Shown here one piece after another: positions 7,044-11,100 of a stretch of DNA of 11,100 nt. The DNA is from an uncultured Methanosarcinaceae archaeon (GTDB taxonomy: Archaea > Halobacteriota > Methanosarcinia > Methanosarcinales > Methanosarcinaceae), in assembly GCA_963721455.1 (NCBI GenBank), contig CAVRJG010000001.1, forward strand, positions 1 through 11,100, written 5' to 3'. A program made the translations under genes and the position numbers. The notes below the pieces were generated by a model. It was not told where the DNA came from. It was given only the letters and a program-made list of their open reading frames with translations, and ran no database searches. Position 1 is the first letter of the stretch, and every line of letters starts with the position of its first letter.

Positions 7044-8024
7044 TCAGAACATACGGACTTGCCTGCCAAGCTTCTTGCTGACAGCCCTCTCATAAACCAG
7101 ATGCGCGCTTGCAACGTCCTGAATGGCAAGGCCTGTTGAGTCGAAGATCGTAATTTCCTCCTCACTTGTCCTGCCTGGTTTCAGGCCGGTGATCACTTCG
7201 CCGAGCTGGGCATGAATATCATTCTCCGAAATGTAGTGCTTGGAGAGAGGAACGTTTACTTCTCCTGAATGGAGTGCCTGGACAATATCGTCCACAACGA
7301 TCTTTGAGCGGATTAAAAGTTCGGGGTCAAGTTCTTCTTTTCCCACAGCATCGGCCCCTATTGCGTTTATGTGAGTGCCTTCTTTGATCCACTGGGCCTT
7401 TACGATCGGTTTTCTGGTCGGAGTGGTCGTGACAAGGATATCGCAGTTGCAGACCTTCTCAATGCTTTCTTCGTAACGTATTTCGCAGGGGGTAACGCCT
7501 GCCATTTCCCGGATAAACCGTTCACAGCTCTCTTTTGTCCTTGAAGTGATTCTTACCAGTTCAGGCTCAAAAACCTCGACGAGAGCTTCGAGCTGGGTCT
7601 TTGCCTGGTTTCCGACCCCGATAATACCGATAACCTTTGAGTCCTTTCTTGCCAGGTATTTTGCGGCAATCCCTCCTGCGGCCCCGGTCCGGATATCGGT
7701 CAGGTAGGTTCCGTCCATAATTGCTACAGGAGCGCCTGTTTCCGGGGAAATGAGGACGATCAGCGCCATTACAGTGGGAAGCCCGCGGTCCGGGTTCCCG
7801 GGGTGGACGTTTACGATCTTCACGCCAGTGATATTCTCTTCTTCAAGATATGCAGGCATTGTCCGCAGGTCTCCGTTGTAAGCCGTATAGTAAAGATAGG
7901 ATTTGGGAGGCATCTGCACCCTTCCAAGCCCGTGCTGCCTGAAAGCTCTTTCCACTACCTGCATATCAGAATGCATATCCATAACACTTTTTACTTCGTC
8001 CTGAGCCAGCCACAATAATTCCAT
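7044..8024 (-). CDS. ala: Archaeal alanine dehydrogenase (ornithine cyclodeaminase / mu-crystallin family), 326 aa
   Basis: QMPPKSYL, GDLRTMPAY, GVKIVNVHPGN..GLPTVMA, MDGTYLTDIRTGAAG, Rossmann IIGVGNQA, HINAIGAD..GKEELD, IFDSTGLAIQD. GGAGGT RBS at 8032-8037. Confidence 0.9.
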   Translation of the reverse strand: MELLWLAQDEVKSVMDMHSDMQVVERAFRQHGLGRVQMPPKSYLYYTAYNGDLRTMPAYLEEENITGVKIVNVHPGNPDRGLPTVMALIVLISPETGAPVAIMDGTYLTDIRTGAAGGIAAKYLARKDSKVIGIIGVGNQAKTQLEALVEVFEPELVRITSRTKESCERFIREMAGVTPCEIRYEESIEKVCNCDILVTTTPTRKPIVKAQWIKEGTHINAIGADAVGKEELDPELLIRSKIVVDDIVQALHSGEVNVPLSKHYISENDIHAQLGEVITGLKPGRTSEEEITIFDSTGLAIQDVASAHLVYERAVSKKLGRQVRMF

Positions 8025-8147
8025 AATATAAACCTCCAGCCGGAGCCATAAGCTAGCCCACGGCTGAAAACAACCTTATATTGAACAGAACCGGAACAAA
8101 AATCGCCAGAGGCAAATAGACTGCCGGATATCACGCATTGTTATTTT

Positions 8148-8177
8148 TATTTGCGCAAATATGTATATATAACATAT
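8148..8177. promoter_or_regulatory. Candidate TATA box with adjacent 14-bp palindrome in the divergent ala / DUF434 spacer
   Basis: Perfect palindrome TATTTGCGCAAATA (8148-8161) next to TATATAA (8166-8172; TTATATA on the - strand), itself flanked by the inverted pair ATATGT/ACATAT. Confidence 0.4.
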
Positions 8178-8225
8178 ATCTCCACTCATTTAAAGAACTT
8201 CCTTCCTAAAAGGAGACAACTATGC

Positions 8226-8936
8226 ATGAGAAGTATGCATGATAATTCGGTTGATTTTTCCGGCCTTTATCTAAAAGAAAAATTGCTCAAGCCTGCCCGG
8301 GATATCCGGAGCATACTCCGATGGGGCTACCCTAAATTTGCAACTATCCGTTTCGTCGCTGACCATTTCCAGCTCAGGGTAGAAGAGCGGCATATCCTCA
8401 CAAGGGTAATTATGCCCCCGGACAGAGTAGTTTCCAGGATTAATAAAAAAGTGGCCTGTACAGGCATAAAGGATAGGAACCTTCTCCTTGATGGATATAA
8501 TGTCCTCCTGAGTGTGGATAGCCTGCTAAAAAAGGAACCCATGTGGTCCTGTGATGACGGGTACATAAGAGATACCCGCTACTATTTCAGCAAAGCAAAA
8601 CAGGCCGAAGACATCGAAGAAGCCCTTGATACTATACTTAAATTTCTTTCCGAAGCCGGCCCAAAATCAGCCGTTTTTCTCTTTGACGCCCAGATCAGCA
8701 AGAGTGGGGAGCTTGCAGGTTTCATCCGCCGCAAACTGAAAGAACACGGGATTTCAGGAGAGGCTAAAACTTCAAAAACCACTGATTTCGAACTGAAAAC
8801 AGGCGGCGGAAATCCGGAAAATAACATGATCGTAGCAACTTCCGATGGAATTGTTATAGATTCAGTCCTGCAGGTACTGGACATCCCTGCCTGCCTGATG
8901 GAAAAAATGGGAATTGAGCCGGTCAGGCTGTATTAA
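8226..8936 (+). CDS. DUF434 domain-containing protein (NYN/PIN-like fold likely), ~236 aa
   Basis: DIRSILRWGYPK..IRFVADHFQL..EER.IL.R, LLDGYNVL, CDDGYIRD, LFDAQISKSGELA, VATSDGIVID. AGGAG at 8211-8215 favours ATG 8226 (or 8235) over the called TTG 8151. Confidence 0.82.
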   Translation: MRSMHDNSVDFSGLYLKEKLLKPARDIRSILRWGYPKFATIRFVADHFQLRVEERHILTRVIMPPDRVVSRINKKVACTGIKDRNLLLDGYNVLLSVDSLLKKEPMWSCDDGYIRDTRYYFSKAKQAEDIEEALDTILKFLSEAGPKSAVFLFDAQISKSGELAGFIRRKLKEHGISGEAKTSKTTDFELKTGGGNPENNMIVATSDGIVIDSVLQVLDIPACLMEKMGIEPVRLY

Positions 8937-8940
8937 TTTG

Positions 8941-9993
8941 TTACCAGGCACTCCGCTTAAAGAATTCTGCCTGCCTGTAGATTTCTTCGGCTTCTGCATA
9001 CTGCCCTTTTTCTTTTAACAACTCCCCATATCCATGCAGGGTTCCGAAGTGCCCTGGGTCAAGCTCAAGAGCTTTTTTGTACTGGACTTCGGCTTCGTGC
9101 CTGTGCCCAAACCTGGCAAGCAGCCTGGCATACTCGCAATGGGCTTCAACGTCTTCAGGGTTCAGTTTAAGAGCATACCTGAAGTGCACTCTTGCTCCAT
9201 GGATGAAACCGTGGTCTGCAAGCAAACGGGCATAGAACAGATGAGGTTTTGGATTTTCAGGGTCTGCCTTGAGGGCTGTTATGTAATATCTTTCGGCTTC
9301 AAGAGGCTCTCCTTTTTCTTCAAGGAAACGGGCATAACGGAAATTGGATTCCACGTGGTCAGGGTCGAGTTCAAGAGCCCGAATGTAGTGATAATTTGCT
9401 TCGGTTTTTTGCTCGCGTTTGGAAAGCAGAATCCCATACCTGCAGTGGGTGCTCACATGCATGGGGTCAAGCATCAGGACTCTATGGTATGCTTCTTCGG
9501 CTTCATCCATTCTTTTGAGCCTGTAAAGCAGGCAGCCGTAATTGCAGAGCGTATCGACATGGAAAGGATGAAGTTCCAGGGCCTTCTCGTACTGAATCCG
9601 AGCAGCATCCAGTTTTCCTGTTCTGGCCAGAACAGTCCCATATCCACAGAGGGCTTCGATATTTACAGGGTTTTCTTCGAGCAACTCTTCGAATTCCCGC
9701 GCAGCAAGTTCCTCAAATCCAAGCAGAAAAGCTGTTTTTCCTGCCTCCATAAGGGCGTCTTCCCGCACCTTTCCTGAGAACAGTGAAGTGCAAGCCCTGG
9801 AAATTACATATTTCTCTCTGTACATCCGATCTTTATCAAAAATAATCGAGAGTTTCAGCAGGATATCCCGGGAAAGCAAATGCTCATTTGAGAAGGAAAC
9901 GACAAACTCTATGACCTTATCGAGATCACAGTTATCTGTTGCAACCTGTTCGATTACACGAAAAACCAGCTTGTCTACAGCATCAATCTCCAT
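8941..9993 (-). CDS. Tetratricopeptide repeat protein, ~350 aa
   Basis: About eight 34-aa repeats of the form YG.LL...G...EA...Y.KALELDP.H. AGGAGG RBS at 10003-10008 favours ATG 9993 (MEIDAVDK) over the called start at 10065. Confidence 0.9.
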   Translation of the reverse strand: MEIDAVDKLVFRVIEQVATDNCDLDKVIEFVVSFSNEHLLSRDILLKLSIIFDKDRMYREKYVISRACTSLFSGKVREDALMEAGKTAFLLGFEELAAREFEELLEENPVNIEALCGYGTVLARTGKLDAARIQYEKALELHPFHVDTLCNYGCLLYRLKRMDEAEEAYHRVLMLDPMHVSTHCRYGILLSKREQKTEANYHYIRALELDPDHVESNFRYARFLEEKGEPLEAERYYITALKADPENPKPHLFYARLLADHGFIHGARVHFRYALKLNPEDVEAHCEYARLLARFGHRHEAEVQYKKALELDPGHFGTLHGYGELLKEKGQYAEAEEIYRQAEFFKRSAW

Positions 9994-10258
9994 GCATAAA
10001 AACCTCCTGAAATTTGCCTCTAAAGTGAATCTATTCGACTGGATATAAATAATTAGCTGTATCAAATTGAATCAAAGAAATTCAAAAAGGTAAGACCTCG
10101 TACAGGGTGAAAAAACCGAAAAAAATTAAAAATTTGAGATAAAAAATCGAGAAAACCTGAAATAAGGATGAATTAAAAAATAAAACCCAAAAAAGATAAA
10201 GATGGAAAAAACAAACCCGAAAGACATTCTATAAAATTGTCTCCGGTTTCAAGGCTTC

Positions 10259-10299
10259 TTTCTACCGTCAACAGTTTTCATTTCTATCGTCAACAGTTT
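10259..10299. repeat. Two 19-bp direct repeats, 22-bp period
   Basis: TTTCTACCGTCAACAGTTT (10259-10277) and TTTCTATCGTCAACAGTTT (10281-10299), 18/19 identical. Confidence 0.8.
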
Positions 10300-10364
10300 A
10301 TTCCGGTGTCAGTTGTTACGGAATCTCTCTCCGTAATTACTCTTAAGCCCTGGTTTCCACTCTT

Positions 10365-10782
10365 TCAGACTCTACCCACATGTAAACTGTACCTTGTCTC
10401 CACATCATAGGTACCCTTAAGTTCCTCTTCGGTCAGGATTCCTTTTTCTATCAGTTTACTGAGAGTTCTCCTGTCAACTGATTCGACTATGTCCCAGAGT
10501 TCCCTTTTCATAAGATAGGATTTTAGCCTGTTAACCCGCCAGAGCTTCCATTCAACTTTCTGCCGCCTGAGCTCCACATTTCCTATTCTAAGCACATCGA
10601 TGTCTTTTTCTATCAAGGTATTGAGAATATGAGTTCTCAACTCCTCCCGCCGCTTTTCCAGAATGGATATCGCAGAAAACAAGCTCATCGTATTCAAGCA
10701 CAACATCGGTCAGGTCCATGTCTTCAGGGTCCTGCTCACTGATATCAAGTTCCACTATCCCACACTCCCATTGATACCCCAT
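10365..10782 (-). pseudogene. Small hypothetical protein (~130-138 aa) split by a 1-nt frameshift
   Basis: Called ORFs 10588-10782 and 10365-10706 join into ...ELDISEQDPEDMDLTDVVLEYDELV|SAISILEKRREELRTHIL...YSLHVGRV if one T is removed from GTTTTC (A4 at 10676-10679 on +). Possible GTG start at 10755 with GGGAG RBS. Confidence 0.6.
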
Positions 10783-10798
10783 TGATATCCCATTAATA
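10766..10798. repeat. Three tandem 11-bp repeats (T/C)CCCATT(G/A)ATA
   Basis: TCCCATTGATA, CCCCATTGATA, TCCCATTAATA back-to-back at the 5' end of the hypothetical gene. Confidence 0.7.
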
Positions 10799-11100
10799 TA
10801 TATGTTGTAAACAAAGGTTTTATAATTCCGCTTTTATTGCCTGGACTTTTAATTTTATCCTACATTCGGCAGCAAGCACATTCTAACATCTAAATATCCT
10901 TAATTGTTATTTTTTGTAGGTTCACTTAAAAACCAATATCATACGGACTATATATCCAACACGATTTGACATTTACCTCATTTATCACAAATATATATTA
11001 ATTATGTTATGGTTAACATTTAGTAATTTTTGATTCAAATTGAATTTCAAAAGTTCTGAAAAAAACGATATGAACAGAAAAATTGAATGGATTTTTATGT

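Noticed and set aside
7803-8884. ORFs 7803-8018, 8327-8566, 8582-8884
   Set aside because: Antisense to ala or the DUF434 gene.
9034-10048. 247-aa (9034-9777) and 86-aa (9788-10048) ORFs on the + strand
   Set aside because: Antisense to the TPR gene; the periodicity mirrors the TPR repeats.
8226-10782. DUF434 + TPR + hypothetical gene as a defence or toxin-antitoxin system
   Set aside because: Not co-oriented as an operon, no effector or sensor domain recognisable in the TPR protein, and composition matches ordinary chromosome.
10800-11100. Possible ncRNA or element in the AT-rich right end
   Set aside because: Only generic TATA-like tracts; no IR pair, tRNA fold or ORF that I can support.

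Overview
Archaeal-type chromosomal DNA; gene content, GGAGG RBSs and intergenic repeats suggest Methanosarcina (inference). The left 6.7 kb is a dense insertion-sequence region. It opens with a complete ISAzo13-family IS (6-1328, TTA duplication, -1 frameshifted transposase). Next is a ~1 kb remnant of an F420-dependent LLM oxidoreductase / glycogen-debranching-enzyme gene pair, cut at both ends. Then comes a five-element nest: an IS630-family element A (2985-6686) carrying a 196-bp IS66-type MITE (3038-3233), an inverted related IS630 element B (3291-4658) that itself carries a 120-bp ISAzo13-derived MITE (3921-4040), and an intact IS5/IS1031-type IS (5645-6516). Removing each guest plus one target duplication restores a 385-aa transposase for A as a single ORF, and for B with one -1 frameshift. 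The right 4.4 kb looks like ordinary chromosome: archaeal alanine dehydrogenase (ala), a DUF434 protein, a TPR protein and a frameshifted hypothetical gene.
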